IMG/VR virus record: IMGVR_UViG_3300042691_055965
Span: 62,001 to 126,000 of that record
Reading direction: 5' to 3' (one strand)
DNA length: 64,000 nt
A program made the position numbers and the translations under genes. Shown here piece by piece: positions 8,554-18,047 of the stretch. Each line of letters opens with the position of its first letter. Positions within the stretch are counted from its first letter, which is position 1. The notes under the pieces are model-generated. The model saw nothing but the letters and a program-made list of their open reading frames with translations. It had not been told where the DNA came from and did not search any database.

Positions 8554-10545
8554 ATGAAAAAACTTGCATTACTCCTATTTACGTTATTAGTAAATTTTAA
8601 TCTACTTTCACAATTTTGTTCAACAACAGGTCTTGTGAATATGGGTGTTATTACACCAACAGGGACATTCCAAAATGTGTCAAACGCATCATCAGCAAAA
8701 AGGTATTGGAGATTCACGGCAACAGCTGGATGTACTTACGATTTTTCTACTTGTAATAGTGCGTTTACAAATGATACATATTTAAGACTATACTCAACCG
8801 CTACAGGTGGAACTGTATTGGCTCAGAATGACGACAACGGTCCGTTTTGTGGTGGAACAAAGGCATCACTTACTTGGGTTTGTCCTGCAAATGGAACGTA
8901 TTCAATACTTGTTACAAATTATAGTTGTGCAAATCTAAGTGCAACAACAATATTAAGTTACAGAGTCACTTGTGCTCCTGTATATAATCCTTGTTCTTCG
9001 ATTACAACAATTGCAAGTTGTGGAACTAATGTTTCTACAACAATGTCAGGTGGAGGGGCAGGGTGGAATGTCAGTACCTGTGGATTTTCAACACCAGGAC
9101 AAGAAAGAATATTCCAATTCACACCTACTCAGACAGGAACATATACTCTTAATGTGACATCAATCACAGGAGGATACGTTGATTTCTTTTGGAAACCTGC
9201 GTCAGGTGGGTGTGGTAGTACAGGGTGGAACTGTATTGATGACATTAGCTTTACAGGAAGTTTTAATGGAGTAACCCCAATGACATTTACTGCTGGTGTT
9301 ACATATTATATTCTTTTAGACCCTGAAACAACAGGTACATATAATGTAACATTTAATTTGGGTTGTCCAATTGTTGCACCTGCTAATGATTTAATATGTA
9401 ATGCGACTACAATTACTTGTGGTTCATTAGTCGGGGGAACTACTGTGGGTTCAACCCTAACAGGTGCAGGTGAAGGAGGTTCTTGTGGGACCACACAAAC
9501 GACGGGAGGTGTGTGGTATAAAGTTGTTGGCACCGGAGATGTAATGACCGCATCTCTGTGTGTCACAGCTTGGGACAGTAAGATGTCAGTGTTTCAAGGT
9601 TCTTGTACAACACCTGTTTGTGTAGGTGGTATAGATGATAACGGACCGTCGTGTACGGGGACTGCAGCATCGTATTCTTGGACTTCAACACCAGGTGTAA
9701 CATATTTTATACTTGTACACGGATATAGTACAACATCAACTTTTAGTTTAGCATTTACGTGTTCACCTCCACCACCACCAGGTCCTTGTTTGAATACAAC
9801 AGCTTGGAGTGTAGAAAACCTACCAACAACCACAACACCTGACGTAACCACATTGTGTTCAGCGGGTAATGGACAATACACAGATGAATATAGCCAATGG
9901 AATAATGGTGTTGCTGGAGTAACTTATACTGTATTATCAAGTATACCTACTGATTGGGTTACAGTTACAGTTTCAACACCTAACGGAACAGTCGTTTCTT
10001 ATGGTTCATCTCCTTTAGATTTTACGGCATCAATAAATGCAACTTACTATGTTCACATAAATGCAAATGGGTATTGTTTAGATGATGCTAATTGTAGAAA
10101 CGTAACAGTATCAAGAATAAGTGCGTTACCAATAGAATTAATAAGTTTTGATGGTGTTAATAATGGTAGTAGTAACTTATTATATTGGTTAACTGCTTCT
10201 GAACACAACAATAACTATTTTACCTTGGAAAGGTCTAATGATGGTGAAAATTGGGAAGAAGTGACAAAAATAGTTGCCGCAGGGCAATCAACACAAGAAC
10301 TTTCTTATTCATATTCAGATGAAACATTTTCAAGAAATATGATTAATTATTATAGACTTTCACAAACTGACTATGATGGAACTACTGAATTTTTTAACAT
10401 AGTGTCTTTAGATAATACACTTTCAAATAAAAAAGTGGTAAAGTATATTAATATTACAGGACAAGAAATTGATGTTATGTCTGCAACAGGTGTTTATTTC
10501 AAAGTTTATGATGACGGTTCAATGAAAAGAGTTTATAAACAATAA
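8554..10545 (+). CDS. Secreted Cys-rich multidomain protein (PPC-like domains, LPIEL domain, short T9SS-like CTD)
   Basis: Signal peptide; DTYLRLY..NDDNG and PANDLICNA modules; ALPIELISFDG domain; C-terminus similar to 7405-8361. Confidence 0.78.
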   Translation: MKKLALLLFTLLVNFNLLSQFCSTTGLVNMGVITPTGTFQNVSNASSAKRYWRFTATAGCTYDFSTCNSAFTNDTYLRLYSTATGGTVLAQNDDNGPFCGGTKASLTWVCPANGTYSILVTNYSCANLSATTILSYRVTCAPVYNPCSSITTIASCGTNVSTTMSGGGAGWNVSTCGFSTPGQERIFQFTPTQTGTYTLNVTSITGGYVDFFWKPASGGCGSTGWNCIDDISFTGSFNGVTPMTFTAGVTYYILLDPETTGTYNVTFNLGCPIVAPANDLICNATTITCGSLVGGTTVGSTLTGAGEGGSCGTTQTTGGVWYKVVGTGDVMTASLCVTAWDSKMSVFQGSCTTPVCVGGIDDNGPSCTGTAASYSWTSTPGVTYFILVHGYSTTSTFSLAFTCSPPPPPGPCLNTTAWSVENLPTTTTPDVTTLCSAGNGQYTDEYSQWNNGVAGVTYTVLSSIPTDWVTVTVSTPNGTVVSYGSSPLDFTASINATYYVHINANGYCLDDANCRNVTVSRISALPIELISFDGVNNGSSNLLYWLTASEHNNNYFTLERSNDGENWEEVTKIVAAGQSTQELSYSYSDETFSRNMINYYRLSQTDYDGTTEFFNIVSLDNTLSNKKVVKYINITGQEIDVMSATGVYFKVYDDGSMKRVYKQ

Positions 10546-10587
10546 ATTTATAAACTTTCAGATATTTATTTATAAATCCACATTTTA

Positions 10588-11307
10588 ATGGACTTAAATA
10601 ATATAATAAAAAAAGTAGTTAAAGAAGCAAATTCCGATAGGTATGCCGGTTCATATAACGGACCTTTGTCTATGGGTGAAATCGATTGGGGTAAACAAGA
10701 ACTTGGACCTTTCGATACTAAAGTATCTAATTTCTTCAATGCCGAATTAGAATATGATAGTTATGACGGTTCATTAGATATGAGTAAAAAAAAGGCTAAA
10801 AGTCTTGAAACTAAAGCCAAAAAAATATCTTTATATAACAAAAAACACAAAACACCTAACGACGAAGATGGTGGAATAATAAATCAAACACCAGGTAAAA
10901 ACTTGAAGTTTGTTCCATTAAAAGAATGGGTTGATTTGGATTCAATTGTTTTAAATGAAGATTTGGCAGTATGGTTTGGAACAAAAAAGAAAGGTAAAGG
11001 TACTAAACAACCACAAGGTCCTTGGGTTAACATTTGTAGGAAAAAGAAAGGTGGAGGACATCCACCGTGTGGTAGACCTGAAGGTGAATCGAAGGGTTAT
11101 CCTAAATGTAGAGCCGTAGGTGTTGCAAGAAACATGACAGATGTACAAAAAAGAGCAGCATGTCAACAAAAAAGAAAAGCGGAAAAACAAGATACACAAA
11201 CAGGAAAAGGACAAAAACCTGTAATGACATCATATAAACCAAAAAAGAAAAGAACTCAAAAGGAATCTGTTGATTTTCTTGTAAAGAGTATTTTATCTAT
11301 TCTTTAA
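10588..11307 (+). CDS. Hypothetical protein, probable internal head protein with a basic Cys-containing domain
   Basis: Late motif upstream; N-terminal IIKKVVKE; EDLAVWFG...WVNIC...PCGR...YPKCR domain. Confidence 0.6.
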   Translation: MDLNNIIKKVVKEANSDRYAGSYNGPLSMGEIDWGKQELGPFDTKVSNFFNAELEYDSYDGSLDMSKKKAKSLETKAKKISLYNKKHKTPNDEDGGIINQTPGKNLKFVPLKEWVDLDSIVLNEDLAVWFGTKKKGKGTKQPQGPWVNICRKKKGGGHPPCGRPEGESKGYPKCRAVGVARNMTDVQKRAACQQKRKAEKQDTQTGKGQKPVMTSYKPKKKRTQKESVDFLVKSILSIL

Positions 11308-11582
11308 TTTAACTTTTTTTCTAATAATTCATATCTGATTGTTATTGGATTTTCATCAATATCTATTGAATCGTAAGTAATCAAGGTATTTTGATATGTT
11401 CCATAACCACAGAATCCTTCGTCATGTCTGACATTAGTTCCTTTATTAATTTCAATTCTTTTTCTGACTTCATAATTAATTTTTTTATCAGAAGAAAAAA
11501 CTTCAATATCGTGAAAATGAAACCGATTATCAATTTTAGAAAGTCCTCCAGTTCTTAACACATATACTTTTCTGTTCTTCAT
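11304..11582 (-). CDS. Hypothetical protein with its own host-type promoter
   Basis: 92-aa ATG ORF; TATCTTTG -7 box on the minus strand at 11604-11611. Confidence 0.65.
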   Translation of the reverse strand: MKNRKVYVLRTGGLSKIDNRFHFHDIEVFSSDKKINYEVRKRIEINKGTNVRHDEGFCGYGTYQNTLITYDSIDIDENPITIRYELLEKKLN

Positions 11583-11621
11583 ATAAATTTATTTGTTGAA
11601 GAACAAAGATAATAAAATTTT

Positions 11622-12083
11622 CTAACAATACGTACCTGAACAACGTTTTTTTCCGTCAAGACCTTTGATTTTTCCTTTACACACCTGAACTGCGTAACCA
11701 TTTGCATATGCCGAAGGGTAAACATCAAATTTTGCTTTTGCTGCAGATTTACCTCTAGCACATAGTTTTGTTCCTGTTTTTTTTCTACCTTCCATCATTA
11801 CCTCATCATCTTCCATATCCATTTCAGATGACATATCACCACCTTTCATTTCGTTCATTAGAAAATCAAAAACTTGATCCATGTTGTTTTTTGCTTCTGC
11901 AATATGGTCTTGAGCCCAATCATGTCCGTGATCTAAAATTTGTTCAATTTCAGATTTGTCCATCTCCAATAATGTTTCACATTGTCTTTTCATTTGTTCA
12001 AGATTTGAAAAGAACATATATCTTTGTGATTCTTGACGGGTTTCCATCAATACTTTTTTGATGATGTTATTAATATTTTTCAT
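11622..12083 (-). CDS. Hypothetical protein, probable internal head protein
   Basis: N-terminal IIKKVLME; HDWAQDHI segment; C-terminal LC.RG..AAK.KFDVYPSAYANGYAVQVC domain. Confidence 0.65.
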   Translation of the reverse strand: MKNINNIIKKVLMETRQESQRYMFFSNLEQMKRQCETLLEMDKSEIEQILDHGHDWAQDHIAEAKNNMDQVFDFLMNEMKGGDMSSEMDMEDDEVMMEGRKKTGTKLCARGKSAAKAKFDVYPSAYANGYAVQVCKGKIKGLDGKKRCSGTYC

Positions 12084-12086
12084 AAG

Positions 12087-12713
12087 TTAAGAATTTAATC
12101 CTCTAGGTCCACCAAGAACTATCATATTTAGTTGTGTTACATCAGTACCAAAACCGTCAGTCCACACTGGGTTAGGTGGTGTAATTTGATTTATTGTACT
12201 ACCTGTCGCACCACAATCACAACAAATCACACATACGGTTGCTTCTGTATTTGCACTTCTTGGAATATCACTTTCACAATCAGAACAGCTCACAAATGGT
12301 CCGGCTTCAGGAAAATAATTGTTTTCATCAGGTAAATCTTCTTTTCCATCTATAAATGTAGCACAAAAGAATACTTCATTTTCAGAAAATTGGAATACCT
12401 CATCTTTTCTTGGGTTACTACCATAAACTTCACAAAAACCACTTATACTGTATAAAAAAGTTGTCCCGTCACAGTTTTGAAATTCCAAAGATTGTAAAGT
12501 ACCGCCCGTGAAACAATCACAACAATCAGTATAAGGGTGTGAATAAGAATATAACGGTATGGGTTCATCTTCAGTTACAGATATAACTGTACCACAAATT
12601 TCTGATTCTTCGCCAAAGTTAAAACCAATAACTTCAAGAGGTGATAGTGTTGTAGATGCCGATACAATATACTCTAAACCATCTAAACAACCTTCTACAA
12701 TATAATTTGCCAT
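12087..12713 (-). CDS. Cys-rich virion protein (CxxC repeat family)
   Basis: Two CxxC-ending modules plus a C-terminal domain shared with 12745-14760; late motif at 12727-12734. Confidence 0.6.
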   Translation of the reverse strand: MANYIVEGCLDGLEYIVSASTTLSPLEVIGFNFGEESEICGTVISVTEDEPIPLYSYSHPYTDCCDCFTGGTLQSLEFQNCDGTTFLYSISGFCEVYGSNPRKDEVFQFSENEVFFCATFIDGKEDLPDENNYFPEAGPFVSCSDCESDIPRSANTEATVCVICCDCGATGSTINQITPPNPVWTDGFGTDVTQLNMIVLGGPRGLNS

Positions 12714-12744
12714 TTTTTCTTTTTTATATAAATATCATTATGTT

Positions 12745-14760
12745 TTAATTATTCAATCCTCTCGGACCACCAAGTACCACCATATTCATTTGTGTCACAT
12801 CAATGCCATATTGATCGGTATATACTGGATGTGGTGGTGCCACTTGTGTTATTGTACTTCCTGAAGAACCACAATCACAACAAACGACACATATTAAAGT
12901 TTCTGTATTTGCACTTCTTGGAAATCTTGTGTTGTCAAAAGCACATTGGATACAATTATAATATGTCGATACGGGGGTTATAGTTGTGTAATTTGGTTCT
13001 AATGGACAATTATTTAATAAAATATAACATTGTCCATAATTTTGAGTCACAAACACTAATTGTCCGTCTGTATAAGCCATTATATTCCAAATATCAATTG
13101 GGATATTAACAAACTGTTGGTTTCCACCACCACATTTGACAATAGATGCACCAATTAATGTTCCAGTATTACACGTTGCACAATCATCAAAAGGAGTCAA
13201 CGTGTTTGAAATATAAGCAATACCACTTCCACCAACATACGTGTAGGGTGACAATAATTTTTGACACTGAAATTCCGAGGTTCCTCTTAATACCTTTACG
13301 TAATCACCTGTTGTAAATGAATTTGAAGTTAATACAACAATGTTATTGTAACCAGTTCCACACTCTTCAGTTAACCAAATATAATAATTATCGGCATTTG
13401 CTTGACATTCTGTGCAACTTTCAAAAACTTCGAAACTTGATACAGCATAATATGCATCATTAATTTCAATACCTGTGATTTCAACACAATCATTAAGTTG
13501 TGGGACATAAAATATTTTACCTATTGGGTTTTGAACGTATTTATACGAAAAAACAGTACCTGTAGTTGAAATACTTGTTACTTCTATAATAAATGGATTA
13601 ACACCACCAAAAGGAGGTGATGAAATCGATATAGTATCACCAACTTGATATCCAATACCACCAAAAAAACCTATATTCAAAATACTACCACTCTGAACGG
13701 TTACGTCAAAATAAGCACCTACACCATTACCATCTGTTGTGCCTGTCAGATTAAGATATTCTCCATCTAATAATCCTACACCCGTGTCATAAGTTATGTT
13801 TCCAATCGGACCTGTATTAGTACAACTCGAATAAGAATAATATAAACCATTACATTGAATACATTCTTGACAATCAGGTTGTGGATCGAAGTTTAAAAAA
13901 GTATTTATTGTTACTGCCGATTCTGTCAAATCGCCCACTTCAAAACACCCATCGATGGTAGAAAGATTTGATACTTCATTTCCTTCGTAAAACACAGAAC
14001 CCCATACAACTTCGTCTTGTCGGGTTAAACAATTTGTTATAATTCTTTTTTCGTTACTAATTGCTAAACAATCTTCACAAGTAACTTCAAATTTTGTACC
14101 TAAAACAGAAACTAACGTTCCGGATGTTTCGGTGCCTTCTTGAATAACATCAACAATCCCACATTGTATATCACCAAAACTATCAATAAAAGTCACTACA
14201 TAATTGGTATAATCAAAACCAAGAGGAAATGCAATCAAGTAAGTGGTAGTAGGTTCCAAACAAGTATTTACCGAATAAACTGAAAAATTATTGGTTAAAC
14301 ATTCAGTGCAACCCGTATACGAATCACTTATTGATGCCAAAGAATAAATAAAATCACCGTCTCTTGGTGTAACAAAACATTCAATAGTTGCGCACAACGT
14401 TTTAATACTATCTTCTAATGAAAATGACAAATAATATATATCATCAATTGTCGGAAGAGTTGTAAAAGTATTAATGTCAATAAAATAAGTTTCACCTCTT
14501 ACACAATCAACAACACTTACCGCTGTTGTAATGCCGCTCAAACATTCTTCACAAGATGTGTAAGAACCATCAAGTGTTGCATTTACTATTTGTTCAGTAT
14601 CTTTTATTATTAATACAGTATAACAATCCGTAGTATTTGGTTCAGTTAAAAGTGTAAATAAATAGGTATTTCCTGTTGTGATTGCACTAACTCGGTCGTC
14701 AACTATAATATTTATTACCGAATCGCCACAACATTTTTGAACTGTTAAATCTCTTGACAT
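12745..14760 (-). CDS. Cys-rich repeat virion protein (fibre or decoration)
   Basis: About seven ~60-aa modules ending in CxxC, an inserted Gly-rich beta domain (GVGAYFDVTV..GGIGYQVGDTI) and the shared PRSANTE...LGGPRGLN C-terminus. Confidence 0.6.
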   Translation of the reverse strand: MSRDLTVQKCCGDSVINIIVDDRVSAITTGNTYLFTLLTEPNTTDCYTVLIIKDTEQIVNATLDGSYTSCEECLSGITTAVSVVDCVRGETYFIDINTFTTLPTIDDIYYLSFSLEDSIKTLCATIECFVTPRDGDFIYSLASISDSYTGCTECLTNNFSVYSVNTCLEPTTTYLIAFPLGFDYTNYVVTFIDSFGDIQCGIVDVIQEGTETSGTLVSVLGTKFEVTCEDCLAISNEKRIITNCLTRQDEVVWGSVFYEGNEVSNLSTIDGCFEVGDLTESAVTINTFLNFDPQPDCQECIQCNGLYYSYSSCTNTGPIGNITYDTGVGLLDGEYLNLTGTTDGNGVGAYFDVTVQSGSILNIGFFGGIGYQVGDTISISSPPFGGVNPFIIEVTSISTTGTVFSYKYVQNPIGKIFYVPQLNDCVEITGIEINDAYYAVSSFEVFESCTECQANADNYYIWLTEECGTGYNNIVVLTSNSFTTGDYVKVLRGTSEFQCQKLLSPYTYVGGSGIAYISNTLTPFDDCATCNTGTLIGASIVKCGGGNQQFVNIPIDIWNIMAYTDGQLVFVTQNYGQCYILLNNCPLEPNYTTITPVSTYYNCIQCAFDNTRFPRSANTETLICVVCCDCGSSGSTITQVAPPHPVYTDQYGIDVTQMNMVVLGGPRGLNN

Positions 14761-14762
14761 AA

Positions 14763-16247
14763 TTATTTCTTATTTACTATTTCAAATTGTAATTCGCGTT
14801 TATAAGTGTCAATATTTCTATCAGTGTTAACTTTTATATCTATAAAATATTCATTTGGTATTTTATCAGTGGTGTCAAAAATGAAATAATAACCATCTAC
14901 AGTTTGATTAATTCTTGTCCAATCTTGAACTTGAACTTCAGTATTTGCACCTTCCCTAACGTAAACTCTGTAATATGCTTCGACATTAAATAATGGTTGA
15001 CTTGACGTATATGCTTGTTTTATAATCACATTTACTTTTCTAACATCAGTGTTCAATATTTTTTCATTTTGTTTAATTCCAAAAAAATCAAATCCATATA
15101 ATTTCGGAGTTTCAGTAGTTGCACCAATTTTAATGTTTCCATTTTTTTCAAGTAAAACAAACTCATTTTCTTGGTTGGATAAATTTGCTCCATTTAATTT
15201 AAGTCCTTTCCAAATATCATAATACAAACAAGGTGTTGTTGCACCTGTTAAATTACTTACAAGGACTTTATAAACCCCTTTTGTTACAAGACAAGTAGGT
15301 AAATTAATATATCCAGAAACAAAAGAACCGTTCATGTCCTGAATGTCAACCAATGGATTTTGATCTAAATTTACAGGATTTCCATTTTGATAAACAAACA
15401 AATACAAGTTGTTATTATTTCCTGCGTAAAACGTTGTTCTATTGTCGATAATTAAATCATTATAAGAAGTTTCCAAAAATGGTTCGTAAAACGTTTGTGT
15501 GTGTGGTGAAAAGAAACCTACCGAATAGTTTTCAGTAAGTCCCGATATATTTTCAACTTGTGGGTAGAAAGAAATGCCCCAACCTGTAACACCCATTATA
15601 CTCCCATCTAATATACCATTGATTTCATTTGTCATGTCGAATTCAATATCTTCATTTCCGAATTCAAAATGTTGAGTATCAATTATTGTAAGAGCACTAA
15701 AATTAACACCTGTTAGTGATAATTGTGAATTAGTGTTGTCATAAATTCCTGGCAAAGACCAATTAGATATTGTTGTTGTTTGAAACCAATTTACAGGTCT
15801 ATCAGAATAAGATTTGTCGTTATATGGATTTATTTTATAATCGTAATAATCGTACCCAACACCACTGTCCCAACTTTGTGGTGTCCCTGTTTCTCCTGAT
15901 GTTTGTGGAATTCGATAAAGTATTAAATCAAATGAAGTTGCCCTTCTTCTACCTTGTGATGTTTTGTCATTTAACAAATCACTATCAAAAAAAGAAGTGT
16001 TTGTCATTCTTAACGTATGTTTGATGTTATTAAAACCAGTACAATCCGTTGATATTACACCATCACTAAGAAGATTTGTTAGATTTGTCAAATCTAAATC
16101 AAAAATATAACGACTAAAACCAAATGGTATACCTACATTATCCAACCTACCATAAAACAATTCAACAATTGGGTTTCTTGAAGTGTTGGTATATGAATTA
16201 TAAAGTAACGTATCCGACTTATCAAAATAAGATTTATATATAGACAT
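14763..16247 (-). CDS. Putative structural (baseplate-region) protein
   Basis: Late motif at 16260-16267; beta-rich; next to the spike gene. Confidence 0.5.
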   Translation of the reverse strand: MSIYKSYFDKSDTLLYNSYTNTSRNPIVELFYGRLDNVGIPFGFSRYIFDLDLTNLTNLLSDGVISTDCTGFNNIKHTLRMTNTSFFDSDLLNDKTSQGRRRATSFDLILYRIPQTSGETGTPQSWDSGVGYDYYDYKINPYNDKSYSDRPVNWFQTTTISNWSLPGIYDNTNSQLSLTGVNFSALTIIDTQHFEFGNEDIEFDMTNEINGILDGSIMGVTGWGISFYPQVENISGLTENYSVGFFSPHTQTFYEPFLETSYNDLIIDNRTTFYAGNNNNLYLFVYQNGNPVNLDQNPLVDIQDMNGSFVSGYINLPTCLVTKGVYKVLVSNLTGATTPCLYYDIWKGLKLNGANLSNQENEFVLLEKNGNIKIGATTETPKLYGFDFFGIKQNEKILNTDVRKVNVIIKQAYTSSQPLFNVEAYYRVYVREGANTEVQVQDWTRINQTVDGYYFIFDTTDKIPNEYFIDIKVNTDRNIDTYKRELQFEIVNKK

Positions 16248-16268
16248 TTGTTTTTTATATATAAATAC

Positions 16269-17849
16269 TTAATTGATTCGAATATTTTTGTTCAATACTT
16301 TATCGTAGGCTTCTTGTAGTTTAGTTAATACTTGTTGTGTTGATATATTTGACGAAAGTGCAACTGGTGTTGGTGGTAACATCGGGTATGGGTGATCGTG
16401 GGTTAATAAAAATTCAACAATTAATTGTAATAAATCCATTAATTCATCACCCCTAACCATCGGTGATGTACTTGGTTCTAAATTATCAACAATTGCATCA
16501 TAATCGACACCATATATTGTATTTTTTAAATCAACACCAGGTGATTTTCCTTCAATATTTGTTTTATGTGATAAAAAGAAAAGTTGATTTGCACCAACAA
16601 TACCTACAGAATTATCAATTTTTTCTGTTATTTTTTCTGTCACTTTTTCATCAACGGCTTCTAATGGAATGTTTTGATCCAATTTTTTGTTTAAAACTGT
16701 ACCGTATCCTGCAATTTCTTGTGTGGTAGACAATCTAACGGCATCTTGTATTCTTGTTAAATTTCCTAACTTAACCAAATCAATATTTCCGGTAAGTTCT
16801 GTTAAAATCTTTCTGAAATTTAAATCAGGTCTGTAATAAAATGGAAATTGTTGTCCATTTGCTGTTGATGTAATAAGATTTGGAGTATCTTTGAAATTAA
16901 TTATTACGTCATTAATTTCTTTTGCAAATTCTGTTACACCACTTACAGAATTAATTTGTTTTTGATATATCAAATTAGTTTCCCCGGTGTAATTTGTACC
17001 ATAACCAAAAAACCCAACTTGCATTTCACTCGAAAATGGATTATCGGGTACTTCATATATTAAAACTCCACCTGTATAAACATCAAATTGTGTTTCAGGA
17101 TTCAAACAATAATACTCAATTAAATATTTAAATTTTAAATTTTGTTTTGTAAGTCTTCGATATTCTTTTGTTGCACCATTTACTGTTTGTTTATCGAAAT
17201 TAGTCAACTGTATGAATGCCCTGTTATCATTAGCAACAGGAATTTGTCCTCTTTCAAATGGTAAATGTTTTCCTGCACGTAATAAAAGTTCATTATTTTT
17301 AATAATAATATCTGCACTATCCCTACCATTTAATGAAATGTCTGAAGGTTCAACAAAAACCCCTTTATTTTGTGTTGGATTTTTAAATTCTCCATTACCA
17401 TTTTTAATTGGTGGAAAACTTATAGATGAATTTTGTCTACCAAAATCAAGTCTTGTTCTTGCCGATTGAAAATCTTCAAACTTAATTGTCATCGGTGATG
17501 AATAAGGTGCAATCATATAAAACTTGTTTCTACCTGATCTGTTTCGTGCATCAAAATAGAACAACATAACCATTTCGTTTTCTTGTGGGACTTGGTTTAT
17601 GAAGTAAGGTAAATAAGATAAAAATATAAAAGGATCTTTATCTGACCATGGGCCATTTTTTTCAAACGTACCAAACTGATCGAAACCAACTGCAGATTGT
17701 ATTCTTTGTTCGTAGTTATCCGTTGTTGATACTGCCCTAATTCGTCCAAGCATCAACGGATCATTTGCGTCCAAACATCTACCAAAAAAGAAATTTTGCG
17801 TTATATCGAATGGTAAATCCCTTGGGGTTTGTTTTATTTCTTCAGGCAT
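16269..17849 (-). CDS. Baseplate hub/central spike (gp5-like OB-fold N-terminus)
   Basis: FGRC...NDPLMLGRIRA and VPQENEMV N-terminus; beta-helix-like LNGRDSADIIIK; C-terminal HxH (THDHPY). Confidence 0.7.
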   Translation of the reverse strand: MPEEIKQTPRDLPFDITQNFFFGRCLDANDPLMLGRIRAVSTTDNYEQRIQSAVGFDQFGTFEKNGPWSDKDPFIFLSYLPYFINQVPQENEMVMLFYFDARNRSGRNKFYMIAPYSSPMTIKFEDFQSARTRLDFGRQNSSISFPPIKNGNGEFKNPTQNKGVFVEPSDISLNGRDSADIIIKNNELLLRAGKHLPFERGQIPVANDNRAFIQLTNFDKQTVNGATKEYRRLTKQNLKFKYLIEYYCLNPETQFDVYTGGVLIYEVPDNPFSSEMQVGFFGYGTNYTGETNLIYQKQINSVSGVTEFAKEINDVIINFKDTPNLITSTANGQQFPFYYRPDLNFRKILTELTGNIDLVKLGNLTRIQDAVRLSTTQEIAGYGTVLNKKLDQNIPLEAVDEKVTEKITEKIDNSVGIVGANQLFFLSHKTNIEGKSPGVDLKNTIYGVDYDAIVDNLEPSTSPMVRGDELMDLLQLIVEFLLTHDHPYPMLPPTPVALSSNISTQQVLTKLQEAYDKVLNKNIRIN

Positions 17850-18045
17850 TATCTATTCTTTTTTTGTATTCATCTAAAAGTTTATTGTAACTATTTTCAG
17901 TTGCGTCCAAATGGTGTGTAAGTTTCATTATTAAATCCTTTGTTTTGTTAAAATCTTCAATTAAAAAATCCATAACACCAATTATATCTTTATTTGATGC
18001 ATTTTTATAATCTTTCAATATTTCAAGTACGTCTTCTGATTTCAT
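17842..18045 (-). CDS. Small coiled-coil hypothetical protein
   Basis: Overlapping start/stop with its neighbours. Confidence 0.6.
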   Translation of the reverse strand: MKSEDVLEILKDYKNASNKDIIGVMDFLIEDFNKTKDLIMKLTHHLDATENSYNKLLDEYKKRIDNA

Positions 18046-18047
18046 TA

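Noticed and set aside
3628-10545. T9SS cargo block as host contamination
   Set aside because: It is flanked seamlessly by phage genes, has similar AT-rich codon style and carries the phage late motif (8453; variant at 7381). Read-level confirmation is still advisable.
12087-12925. Similar 3' ends of two adjacent genes as a DGR template/variable repeat pair
   Set aside because: Mismatches involve all bases and are largely synonymous, both copies are coding, and no reverse transcriptase is present in the window.
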